64,000 nucleotides of DNA from Mizuhopecten yessoensis (lineage: Eukaryota), in contig NW_018408737.1 of assembly GCF_002113885.1 (NCBI RefSeq), positions 337,843 through 401,842 on the forward strand. Direction: 5' to 3'. A model generated the notes under the pieces. The model did not search any database, had not been told where the DNA came from, and saw only the letters and a program-made list of their open reading frames with translations. The position numbers were made by a program, and so were the translations under genes. Positions 1 to 12,800 of this stretch are shown here, piece after piece (the first letter of the stretch is position 1; each line of letters starts with the position of its first letter).

Positions 1-667
1 ATTGTAGACCCTTGGGATTTGAAGATTAAGTTTGTACAGGTAATTTTGCCAACATTACTGCATATGATCTTTGGGAAACTTGATATAAAACACAATATAA
101 AGAGAAGTATCATGATAAAATACACGACATCAACAAACTTTAAACTAACTTAATAACTAAGTATAAAGATCAGAGCAAACATGTTTCATTAAAACATAAT
201 ATCTGAAATGTGTTTCTTTAAATGCTGACTGAATGCGGCGCACAACAAACTGATATAAATGATGCATGTCACAGAGTTGTCAGGCAGCATTAGCTTGAAA
301 AGAACAACGCAGAAAATAAAGTGAATCAAATAAGGAAAAAATCTATGAAAAATAAAATGAAACCGCAAATACGTGTTTTTCTTCTTGAGTTGATCACAAC
401 ACACATCTAACCGCATGCAACTTCCTGTTGTCAAATTGTGGAGCTCTTCAGTATAAAAAGGGAGGAAAATCATCATACCTTATTTACAAAACTGGCGCGA
501 GCATGAGGGCCACATTTTAACTAGGAATTTAGTTGAATTAACGCTTCTCGTTAAATACTAAGATAAGGCAAGCAACTCTGGCAGGCCACTTATGTAAAGT
601 AGTAAGGTTTGTAACGTTTACCCGAGGGATTCAACAATCGTTTGTGCAGATTTCTCAAAATCGGACC

Positions 668-812
668 ATGAGTAAATATAAAGTGCTTTCTTGCAATTTG
701 GTCTGTCCCAACAACACGCATGATCCGATCCCCCTGCCCCATGGACAGAGCGTGCAAATCGGGCGCAGTCCACAGACCCGTATCATGGACCCGAGGTCTT
801 CCAGAAACCAGG
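668..812 (+). CDS. PNKP: PNKP exon 1 (FHA start)
   Basis: accATG at 668; [14 protein letters not shown]...[17 protein letters not shown]; donor G|GTAAGC. Confidence 0.88.
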
Positions 813-3800
813 GTAAGCATAAGTTCATTTCAAGAGCATTTTGAACCAACTAGAGCTATATCATAGGAGCCTGAACTTCTGTCAAAAAGCATAATAACAG
901 TAATACAAAAAGAATACCTATAATATAAATATATGCTTAAAACAAATTTGCCAAAATAAATTCTGAACTTGGACATTAGCATGAATCTGTTAAGTGTTTA
1001 TAATTATATACACTAGTGAATCCTTGTACATTTTTATATATAAAATTATAAATGACATATAGAAAATAAAAGTATAAATGACATAGAACATATTGTGATG
1101 GCATCAATGTCAAGGTGAGATGAATTAATATTGCCAGTTTATATTGTGTTTCAGATCTGCAATTAAATTGGCATATTAAATATTAACTATTGAAATAACT
1201 CTGAATAACCTGATATAAAAAGCTTATTAAAATTTGATTGGCAGTGGAAGTAATTGCTGACTGGAAGAAAGAGTCTGTCAAAGTGACACAGATTGGTAAC
1301 AACTCTTCAGCGTTAGATGGTATCGAACTAGAGAAGGGGAGACAATGCAAACTGGAAGAAGGAGCCACAATTTATGTTTTAGCCGGTAATTATATGGACT
1401 AGAACGAAAATACAACAAAACATGTTATCCTGAAAAGTACCGGGTAAACAGAATAACATTTTTTTTTTATACCTACAATCAGAGATGGAATTTTTCAATA
1501 ATGTTGAGCTATTATCAGTAACCAATGCCCAAAATAACAGAATCTACCCTTGATTGAAATGTCTCCCAATTTTATTGCTTGCATATTTTTGCTTATTTAA
1601 ACCAATTGCAATCATTGTTACATTTTCTAAGATAGGGTACCATCTCCATTTGAGCAATGTATAGAAACAAATGCATGTAGAAATATCTTCGTATTAAATG
1701 AACCTATATGCTAGTACTTGTTGTAAATTGTACATAACAATATGTGATGCTTTTTTTTGCAGGTCAGTATCCACAGAAAGTAGAATTTGTGAAAGAAAAA
1801 ATACCAAATTCAAACATCCATTCAGAAAAATCTAATAGTACAATGCATTCAAAGAAAAGACCTGCTTCCGACAATGGACATAATAACAACAACAGCAAAA
1901 AAGCCAGACTGTCAAATGCAGTGGCTGTGAAACCCGAATCCAGCAGTGAAGAGGAGGAGCAAGTGAAAGCTGTTGAGGAGAAATTAAAAATGATGAAAAA
2001 ATCTCCAAAAAAGCATCAAGAAAAAAAGACATCAAATTCTAAGCATTCAACTTTAAATACAAATCAAACTCCTTCTACTTCAAAGTCTTTCTCACCAGGT
2101 AGTTCTAAGTGTGATGAAAAATCTGTGAAAAAGGGAGTTAACGCCTTAGGTCCACCGAAAGAGGAGTCGAAGTGGGAATACCATGATAAACTGTATGTGT
2201 ACACTGGGAAAGGTGTAAGAGCTAGTTCAAAGGTAGGCAGATTGACAACAATGGCTTGGCAAGTTTGAATGTAGACACAGTAGTTGTCAACTGATAGAGA
2301 ACAAGCCTGTCCAAACTTCCAAAGAGTTCCCATTATAAATTGAGATAGGGGATATACATTGTAGTGCCACTCATGCCCTTCACATGCTGCGATATTGCAT
2401 TATTTGTCTAGCAATTTATACAGGACCTTTACATTGCAAAATGATTTTGAAATACCGGTAGTAAATAATTGCAATACCAGTACTTTTTCAACTTATGGAA
2501 TGAGAGTTTTACAAAAATAATGTTAAAATTGAGTATATTATCTAAACTAATAGATATGCTTGCTTGGTGTTATAACTTTAAGAACTGTAGGAAATGATAT
2601 TCAATCTATCTTCAAAGCTTGCTAAACTGATGCTCACTTTTCAAATTTTCTTTGTAAATCATTATCAATAAACTGAACTTCTTGGAATACTATTATTGCG
2701 AAATATTTTAATATTCACTAATTATTGAAATTTATTGCAATTCAAGAATTGCTTGCAACATCTGCCCCTAGTTGATAGTATTGTAACTTATATATATAGA
2801 TAATACATTTCATATATGTATGGTATTATTTATGAGATTGCAGTTAGTGAAGTAATTTGTGCACATAATGATTATAATACTTAATCTATATGTTGACATA
2901 AGTGGTAACTTGCGTTGTTGACAGATAGCAGGGTTTGACATTGACGGAACCATCATCACAACAAAATCGGGACGGGTCTTTCCAAAGGACAACGCAGATT
3001 GGAAGTAGGTTTTTGCAAACATAACTTTTAAAAGCATCTTTAAATTAACTAGCAAAAGAAAATAGATAGGTATTATTTATATGTAACATTCGGAAATATT
3101 CAAACATTCAGGCTAATAGACACAGCATTTGGGGCAATGTTTGACCAATTTGTAAATGTCATATTGAAAGAAAATTGGTACTAAGCTTGCATTAATCAAA
3201 TTGCATGGATAATATTTGTCTCTGGACAGTGTATGGTAATATATTAATGGGGCAATGTATTGGTAATTATTTAAGAAAAATACTGTCATTTAATCCAATT
3301 CAGGATATCACCATTTTGACTTAGGGAGTTTTTGGGAGTTTTTGAGAGTCTTTGGGACCCCCTTGATTGAAAGTTTGGGTTCCTTATAAATGATAATTGT
3401 CAGTATTCATTGCTTTAAGTCATATACATCATTAAAATTAATTTGGAGACTGAAATTTTTTAAGTTGTCATTTCAGGTGGTCATGGGGACACATGTGTTC
3501 AGATTTAAGGGGTCCTGTAATGGAAAATGGGGATATTTCAATCAGGATTCTGCTTCATATAAAGCCCTGATATTTCATGGCTTTCCCTCCTTATTTCTAC
3601 ATTGAGTGTAATATTAACCCTAATCTGTAAGATGTGGACAAGGAGGAGGAATAGACTTATCATCAGTTATGTACGGTATGACAAGATTAATGTTAGTGCA
3701 TGTATTTTGGAGATGCCATCTACAGTACATTTGGCTTTAAGTAAGGCAAATTAAAGTTGACAGTGTGTTGCATTTTCCCTTTCTTCAGAATCCTATACCC

Positions 3801-6800
3801 AGAAGTTCCTGGCAAGTTAAAGAAACTCCATGAACAAGGCTACAAAGTTGTCTTATTCACTAATCAGGTCAGACTAGAAAGAACAAGCTAACTTTAAATT
3901 TGTAATGCTATACAGAATAAATTTGAAGCTGTTCATGTTAAATGAACGGTGTAAGTTGATCAAAAGTTGACAAAATTTAGATATACATGTAATGAATTTT
4001 AAACCCTTCAACCAAAACTGTTTGTGTCCACAATAAAGTTAACAAGGATTATGATTGACTAGACCAATTTTACATTTGATAAATTTGGGGAGAGCATACC
4101 ATGATTTACTGTATAACAGATGTGGAAGAAATCTTTTTAGTAACTGAATAAGTGTTATAAAGGATTTTGTATATACTTTAAAGTCCATATTTTAAAAGGC
4201 CAATATTTGCGTTTTAGTTAGATATACACAATTGATAAACATATACATGTAGTCCTAGGATGTTCAAATTATTTTTTAAGGTGAAGAAATTATTCTGCTT
4301 CCCTATCTTTGAAAAAGAATTTATTTCTATTTTTGTGGATTTCTTTGTACAGAAAGGTGTTGAGAAAGGGAAGACATTGATAGAAGATCTGCAGCAGAAG
4401 TTTACTGCCATGCTCAAACTGATGGGAGTCAGCGCTCAGGTAATAAATTGTAAAAATAAATATATAGACATTCTCTAATCTTTGGGGGGTCACCATTTCT
4501 GTTATTTTAGAATAAACGTTATATAAATAAACACCAGTTCTATATGACATCATGCAAAAAAAAAAAATGAAAGTTTGTTCATTCGTCATTTTTTGTTTTG
4601 AATAAAAATCAAGTTTAATTATTTTTTTGCATGATGTCATATAGAACTGGGTATTTATTAGCTCACCTGGCCCATGGTGCAGCGTCCGGCGTCCAGCGTC
4701 CGGCAACTTTTTCCTTTAAAATGCTACTTGTCCTGAATGGCTCAAAAGGATTTTGACCAAATTTGGTCAGGAGCATCATTGGCCAAAGGGTTCTCAGTTT
4801 TGTATAAACGGAGGGTATAACCCCCCTGGGGGCAGAGGGGCGGGGCCAAATAGGGGGAAAATAGGTAAATCTTTAAAAATCTTCTTCTTAACCAATAGAA
4901 GGATTTTGACCAAATTTGTCCTAGAGCATCTTTGGACAAAGGAGACTCAAGTTTGTATAAACGGAGGGTGTGGCCTCTTTGGGGGCAGAGGGGCGGGGCC
5001 AAATAGGGGAAGTAGAGGATTTTTTCTCTCCTACTATACAAGTGAAGGGATTTAAACCAAATGCAGTCTGAAGCTTGGTCAGGAGCATCATTGGCCAAAG
5101 GGTTCTCAGTTTTGTATAAACGGACGGTATAGCCCCCCCTCGGGGCAGAGGGGCGGGGCTAAATAAGGGGAAAAAAGGTAAATCTTTAAAAATGTTCTTC
5201 TTCTCAACCAATTGAAGGATTTTGACCAAATTTGTCCTAGAGCATCTTTGGACAAAGAAGACTCAAGTTTGTATAAACGGAGGGTGTGGCCCCTCTGGGG
5301 GCGGAGGGGCGGGGCCCAATAGGGGAAATAGAGGATTTTTTTTCTCCTGCTATACAAGTGAAGGGATTTTAACCAAATGCAGTCTGAAGCATGATTAGGG
5401 ACAAAAGAATCAATTTTGTATAAACTGAGGTGTGTGGGCCTCCTTCTAAGGGCAGATGGGTGGGGCCCATTAGGGGAAATAGAGGAAAACATCAAATATC
5501 CTTCTCCTTTTGTACCGATGAAGGGATTTTGACCAAATTTGGTCTGGAGCATCATTGGCCAAAGGGTTCTCAGTTTTGTATGAACGGAGGGTATGGTCCC
5601 CCTGGGGGCAGAGGGACGGGGCCAAATAGGGGAAAATAGGTAAATCTTTAAAAATCTTCTCCTCAACCAATTGAAGGATTTTGACCAAATTTGTCCTAGA
5701 GCATCTTTGGACAAAGGAGACTCAAGTTTGTATAAACGGAGGGTGTGGGCCTTCTGGCGGCATAGGAGCGGGGCCCAATAGGGGAAATAGAGGATTTTTT
5801 TTCTCCTACTATACAAGTGAAGGGATTTAAACCAAATGCAGTCTGAAGCATGCTTAGGGAGAAAAGAATCAATTTTGTTTAAACTGAGGTGTGTGGATTC
5901 CCCTTCTTTGGGGCAGATTAGTGGGGCCCATTAGGGGAAATAGAGGAAAACATTAAAGATCCTTCTCCTTCTGTACCGTTGAAGGGATTTTAACCTAACC
6001 AAACTTGTTTTAGAGAATCTTTGGGCAAAGGGAATTGAATATTTATAAATGGAAGATGCAACTTTGTTACTTGTACTCCTTTGATAAACCTGAATGGTAC
6101 TCAGCAGGTTTTAAATTGAAAAATAAAATACCAGGTGAGCTATTAAGGCCCGTGGGCCTCTTGTTAACATAAGGGATAGTCTAAAATATACTGTGAACAT
6201 ATTTGCATTGTGATTCTTCAAACTTATCGTAGTGTGGAAATCTTGCATGTTGATATTTTCACTGGATTGACTTGATTTGCTTGATGCAAAAAAACAACAA
6301 CACTACAATACTTGCCACACGTTTACATTATATTGAGAGGCCATTCAAATGACAGACCATCTTTTTTCCAAAGACCAGTTTTTCCATCATAGTGATGTTG
6401 AAAATACTGTTAATTAATAAGTTACAGTGCATCTGTTTCAGATCTTAATATCCACTGGAGATGGAGTATACAGAAAACCCTGTCTGGGCATGCTCAAATT
6501 TCTGCGGGACAGGGTGAGTTGAATCTGATGTGTTTTGACAGTGAAAAGGAGATCTACTTGTAGAATGTCAAGTCTTTTGACAAACTTATTGTCACAGTTT
6601 GTTAACTACAGGTGCAATAGAACCATCACATAGCTCTTGGCACTCCTGGAATATGTCATAGCAAAATTGAAGGCAGCTAGCATAACCCCAGGAGTATCGA
6701 GGCTGCAATTTCTCTGTACACGTCGCAATTCTGATCACTTCTAATAAAGAAGGTATAATAAATGCCTGTTATGCCATGTTTTATAAAAATACATCTATCC

Positions 6801-9800
6801 ATGTTAACCAATGGAATAGAAAGTTCACTGTATGTAACCTTATAAGCACTGTACTTATGTTTTGAGGACCATTCTGCTGGAGCACCCAAGCTAAGGGTCC
6901 CTGTACCACAAACAAAAACTAAATTTGAACTAAAAACTTTTTACAGACATGGCAACATATTTAATGAATCATTTCTGGAAAGAAACATATATTTTGCAGA
7001 AATTTCATGAAAAAATGAAATGAAGATAAAAATTTGAAGACAAATAAAAGTATATCTCTGGCCCCCAGTCCCACTTCATGTATATCTCCAAAACCATTTT
7101 ATGTAGGGTATGTATGTACATATGTATGTACAAAATCTACTGTATATTTCTTTAGTACTTTGCCTGTTGTTGGACAGGGGTCCCTAAGAGGTATACATTC
7201 TGGCACCTAAATATGAAGGAAACATCAACTAGATAAGAATAGTACAATAACTTAGAGATAATCAAATACAGTATCTTCAGACGTAATTCAATCCAAGTAT
7301 TTTGCAGGGAAATGAAGACGTTCCCGTGAGCATAACTGACAGTTTCTATGTTGGAGGTAAGTTTAAAAATTGTAGTGGTCAGTTGTAAGCTAGGTGTTTA
7401 TATAAGATGAATGACTTTTTGGATATTGTGAAATCATTTCTTTAATATTGCTAAGAGTTTGTGGTTTTCTCCCACACTAAGACCCCGATGTGTGCTTACA
7501 ACCGGGTCAATAAAAGTGATTGATATAAGGTGAAAGAACTAGCTTCATAATTGTTGTAAAATAAGTAAAGGTTATATTTATGTGGTTTCAGTAAATTATG
7601 CTACATGTATTTTGTTGGCCTACAAATTTGTGATTTGGCCAATTTTCTGGAATCCCACTTGTATAACTGCACCTCGATTAATTAATAAAGCATTTTGTTG
7701 CTGATATTTTAATTACTGAAGGAGAATACCCACAAAATTACTGAATACATATCAATCCCCCCCCCCCTTGCAAATTACGGTTTCCACAGTGAGAATGGTA
7801 TACATTTAGTGCAAAATATCATGAAAACTTATAATATATCACTAAACTGAAGTTACAAAACAGGGAAATGAGTAAATGTTAATTTTAGATATGTTTCAAT
7901 TTACGATTATGATGACATAGTGTCACATTCATTAGATGACCATTTTAATTGAATATGTTACAGATGCTGCTGGTCGCCCAGCCAAGTGGGCACCAGGTAA
8001 AAAGAAGGACTTCTCCTGCAGTGACAGAATGGTAATGTTATAATGTCACATCAGCTGAACTATTTCACTGCTGTTAACGATTATTTTTTAGTAATGTTGA
8101 GTTTCGTTTGATCATAATAGATCTTATATTGTGAACTCAACCACCTATTACCTGTGATATCAAAGTTTTACTTTTTTACACAAACAATGACTTTTTTACA
8201 CAAACAATGAACGTATTAAACATGTCCCAACGTTTCAAGACATGTACCAAATTTCCTCCCAGTTTCACCTATATATGACTGCTGACATGGAATTTGATAT
8301 AATTCGTACAATGTTTTTGTAAAAAGTAAAACTTTGATATCACATATTTCCAAACTGAAGACACCTATAACCTGTATTTTGGTAATGACTTTCTTTGGTC
8401 CTGAAGAAGCCCACTAGGTACGAAACCGGTCAACACCTGTAAAAAACTACAAGAACTACATGCTCCTTCGTTTGTTAGCTCACCTGGCACGAAGTGCCAA
8501 GTGAGCTTATGCCGTGGCGCAGCGTCCGTCGTCCGTCCATCGTCCGTCCGTCAACTTTTCCTTTAAACAACTTCTTCTGAAGAACGGACAGGCCTAGAGT
8601 CATGATATTTGGCTGAAAAGTTCGTTGGTAGGAGCCCTACAAAGTTTGAGAACGAAATGACCTTGACCTGTTTTCAAGGTCACAGGGGTCAAATATGTCA
8701 AAAACTTCAAACGACTTCTTCTAAAGAACTAAAAGGTATAAAATCTTCATATTTGGCTGATGGCTTCCTGGGATAGAGCCCAACAAAGTTTGAGAATGAA
8801 AATGACCTTGACCTACTTTCAAGGTCACAGGGGTCAAATGTGTCAAACACTTCAAACAACTTCTTCTGAAGAACTGAAAGGTATAGAATCTTTATATTTG
8901 GCTGGTGGCTTCCTGGGATAGAGCCCAACAAAGTTTGAGAATGAAAACTAGTTTGACCTACTTTCAAGGTCACAGGGGTCATATATGTCAAAAGCTTCAA
9001 ATGACTTCTTCTGAAGAACTGAAAGGTATAGAATCTTTATTTTTGATTGATGGCTTCCTTGGATAGAGCCCGACAAAGTTTGAGAATGAAAATGACCTTG
9101 ACCTTCTTTCAAGGTCACAGGAGTCAAATGTGTCAGACACTTCAAACGACTTCTTCTGAAGAACTGAAAGGTATATAATCTCTATATTTGGCTTGTAGCT
9201 TCCTAGGAAAGAGCCGAACAAAGTTTGAGAATGAAAATGACCTTGACCTTCTTTTAAGGTCACATGAGGCAGATATGTCAAACACTTTAAACGACTTCTT
9301 CTGAAGAACTGGTAGTTATAAAATCTTAATATTTGGCAGGTGGCTTCCTGGGAAAGAGCCAAACAAAGTTTGCGAATGAAAATGACCTTGACCTACTTTC
9401 AAGGTCACAGCGTTCAAATATGTCAAACAGTTCAAACAGCTTCTTCTGAAGAATTAAAAGGCATAAAATTATAATATTTGGCTGGTGACTTCCCGGGATA
9501 GAGCTCACCAAAGTTTGCAAATGAAAATGACCTCAACCTACTTTAGAGGTCACAGAGGTCAACAACATTTTAATGGATTTGTTCTTGAGAACTAAAAGGA
9601 ATGGATTCATAAGATTTGGCTGGTAGCTTTTTGGAATAGAGCTAACCAATTTGAGAAGGAAAATGACATTGACCTACTTACAAGATCACAGGGATAAATA
9701 TGTCAGCAACTTCTGAAGAAGAATCAAAAAGCATAGAATCTTATAATAATATTTTGCTGGTAGTTTCAACAGATGGAGCCAACAAAGTTTGCGAGGGAAA

Positions 9801-12800
9801 TATTTTTAGTGCAATATAATATTTAATGAGAGTATTTTGCTATGACTGCTTAAATATTCAGGTGAGCGATACAGTCCCTCTTGGGCCATTTTGTTGTGAT
9901 TGAATCTATGACTAAGTAACCCATTTTACTCAGTCAACCTTCATACTTTGGGCTATCCAGACATGGGGCAGAGGAATAAACTGTAGAGGTTGTGCCTAAT
10001 TTTCGCGGATTTGCGCTAGGTCAATTTTGTTGGATCTAGTTTTTGCAGCTACCAGCTCAAGTGAATCATAACTAGGAATTTTGTCACAAATTGAAACCAT
10101 ATTACAACATTATTGTTTGAACTTAAAGATCTATGTGTCACTGTTTATTTTGCTCTAGTTTTTAGCTCACCTGCCCGAAGGGCAAGTGAGCTTATGTTAT
10201 GGTGCGGCATCTGTCGTCCGTCCGTCCGTCGCATCCGTCGTCCGTCCGTCCGTCCGTCTGTCGTCCGTCGTCCGTCTGTCCGGCGTCAACTTTTTGCTTT
10301 AAACAACTTCATCTCAATAACCAAAAGGCCTAGGAAGATGATATTTGGCCAGTAGCATACTGGGATGAAGGGCTACCAAGTTTGTTCAAATAAATGACCT
10401 TGACCCACTTTCAAGGTCACAGGGGTAAAATATGTTAAAATCTTCAAACAACTTCTTCTCAATAACCAAAAGGCCCAGGGTACTGATATTGGGGCTGTAG
10501 CATGCTGGGATGAAGGGCTACCAAGTTTGTTCAAATGAATGACCTTGACCCACTTTCAAGGTCATTGGGGTCAGATGTCTTCAAACCTTCCAACAGCTTC
10601 TTCTCAATAACCAAAAGGCCCAGTGTAGTGATATTAGGCCTGTAGCATGCCTGGATGAAGGGCTACCAAGTTTTTTCAAATGAATGACCTTGACCAACTT
10701 TCGAGGTCACAGGGGTCAAATGTTGTAATATCTTCAAGCGACTTCTTCTCAATAACCAAAAGGCCCAGGGTACTGATATTGGGCCTGTAGCATGCTTGGA
10801 TGAAGGACTATCAAGTTTGTTCAACTGAATGACCTTGACCAACTTTCAAGGTCACAGGGTCAAATGTCGTGAAATCTTCAAGCGACTTCTTTTCAATAAG
10901 CAAAAGGGCCAGGGCACTGGAATTGGGTCTGTAGCATGCTGGGATAAAGGACTACCATGTTAGTTCAAATGAATGATCTTGATCCACTTTCATCCTAATG
11001 TCCTTGTTCAACAATCAAGGTCAGAGGCGTCATATGTTTAAATCTTTTAATAGGTTATTATGAAATCTTAAGATTACAAGTGTTAGATTAATAACAGGTG
11101 AGCGATGCAGGCCCATTGGGCCTCTTGTTTTGTTTGACTATGTATTTGTGTAACGTTTTTGTGTTGACAGTTTGCAATGAATGCTGGACTGAAGTTCTAC
11201 ACTCCGGAGGAATACTTTCAAGGCCAAGCCAAGGCTAAATATGAAATGCCAGATTTTGACCCGGTAATATAACCTTAAACTAGATTTTGATAAGTAATAC
11301 AATATTATGTACCGGTATATACAGTTGCACAAGGGATACATATCTTTTTGTTTTCGTAGCAAACTCAAGCTGTTGTAGCACAACTATAAAAGAAAGTATT
11401 TGTGAAAGTTAGAGTGTCAAGGTGATATAACGTGGGATGCAGTGTGAGATCAGACTAACTTGTATGGCAATATTACCTATGGTATCAGCGATTCTAGCAA
11501 TGTCGTTGGTCAAGACAAGACAGAATTAATGGAAGAATTGATGTAAGGATTCCAGTACTGTAACACTGTAAAACAAAACAACCTACCTACCAGTAGCTAT
11601 GAATTAGAATTGTTTTCATGACATGACAATAGCTTGAATAAAATAAATTCCAATCAGAAAACCGTGCAGAGCATTTATAAAAAAACAGTGAAGGTGAAAT
11701 AAACAATATAAATACACCAATGTTCTGAGGCCAAAAGTGCAGGAGGGCCAGACTAGGATTCTAACCCATGACATCAGATTACAATACAGCCTGGGTAACT
11801 AACTGATCGACCTGACCTGTGGTAGTTCTCTGTCCCAATGCCACTGTAACTATGTTCAAAACAGGATTAGGGGGAAGTAGCTTTTTCTGCACGAACCACA
11901 TTTTAATTGTCTAGTGTTTTGCCTGCAGTGGGACATGGGTCCTTAAAGGTCATATCGGTCTACAGGGGGACATGGGTCCTTAAAGGTCATATCAGTCTGC
12001 AGAGGGACATGGGTCCTTAAAGGTCATATCGGTCTACGGTGGGACATGGGTCCTTAAAGGTCATATCAGTCTGCAGAGGGACATGGGTCCTTAAAGGTCA
12101 TATCGGTCTACGGTGGGACATGGGTCCTTAAAGGTCATATCAGTCTGCATTGGGACATGGGTCCTTAAAGGTCATATCAGTCTGCATTGGGACATGGGTC
12201 CTTAAAGGTCATATCAGTCTGCAGTGGGATATGGGTCCTTAAAGGTCATAGCGGTCTGTTTGCATGATTGAAGAGTTCCAAATATGATGAATGATGTGTT
12301 GTTTACTTGAACATGGGTCCTTAAAGGTCATATAGGTCTACAGTGGGACATGGGTCCTTAAAGGGCATATCGGTCTACAGTGGGACATGGGTCCTTCAAG
12401 GTCATATCGGTCTACAGTGGGACATGGGCCCTTAAAGGTCATATCGGTCTGCAGTGGGACATGGTTCCTTAAAGGTCATATCGGTCTACAGTGGGAGATG
12501 GGTCCTTAAAGGTCATATCGGTCTACAGTGGAACATGGGTCCTTGAAGGTCATATCGGTCTGCAGTGGGACATGGGGCCTTAAAGGTCATATCGGTCTGC
12601 AGTGGGACATGGTTCCTTAAAGGTCATATCGGTCTACAGTGGGACTTGGGTCCTTAAAGGTCATATCGGTCTACAGTGGGAGATGGGTCCTTAAAGGTCA
12701 TATCGGTCTACAGGGGGACATGGGTCCTTAAAGGTCATATCGGTCTAGAGTGGGACATGGGTCCTTAAAGGTCATATCAGTCTGCAGGGGGACATGGGTC

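Noticed and set aside
4742-5816. Pro/Leu-rich repeated ORFs (also 8707-9520, 30929-31741)
   Set aside because: They are translations of HINE internal tandem repeats.
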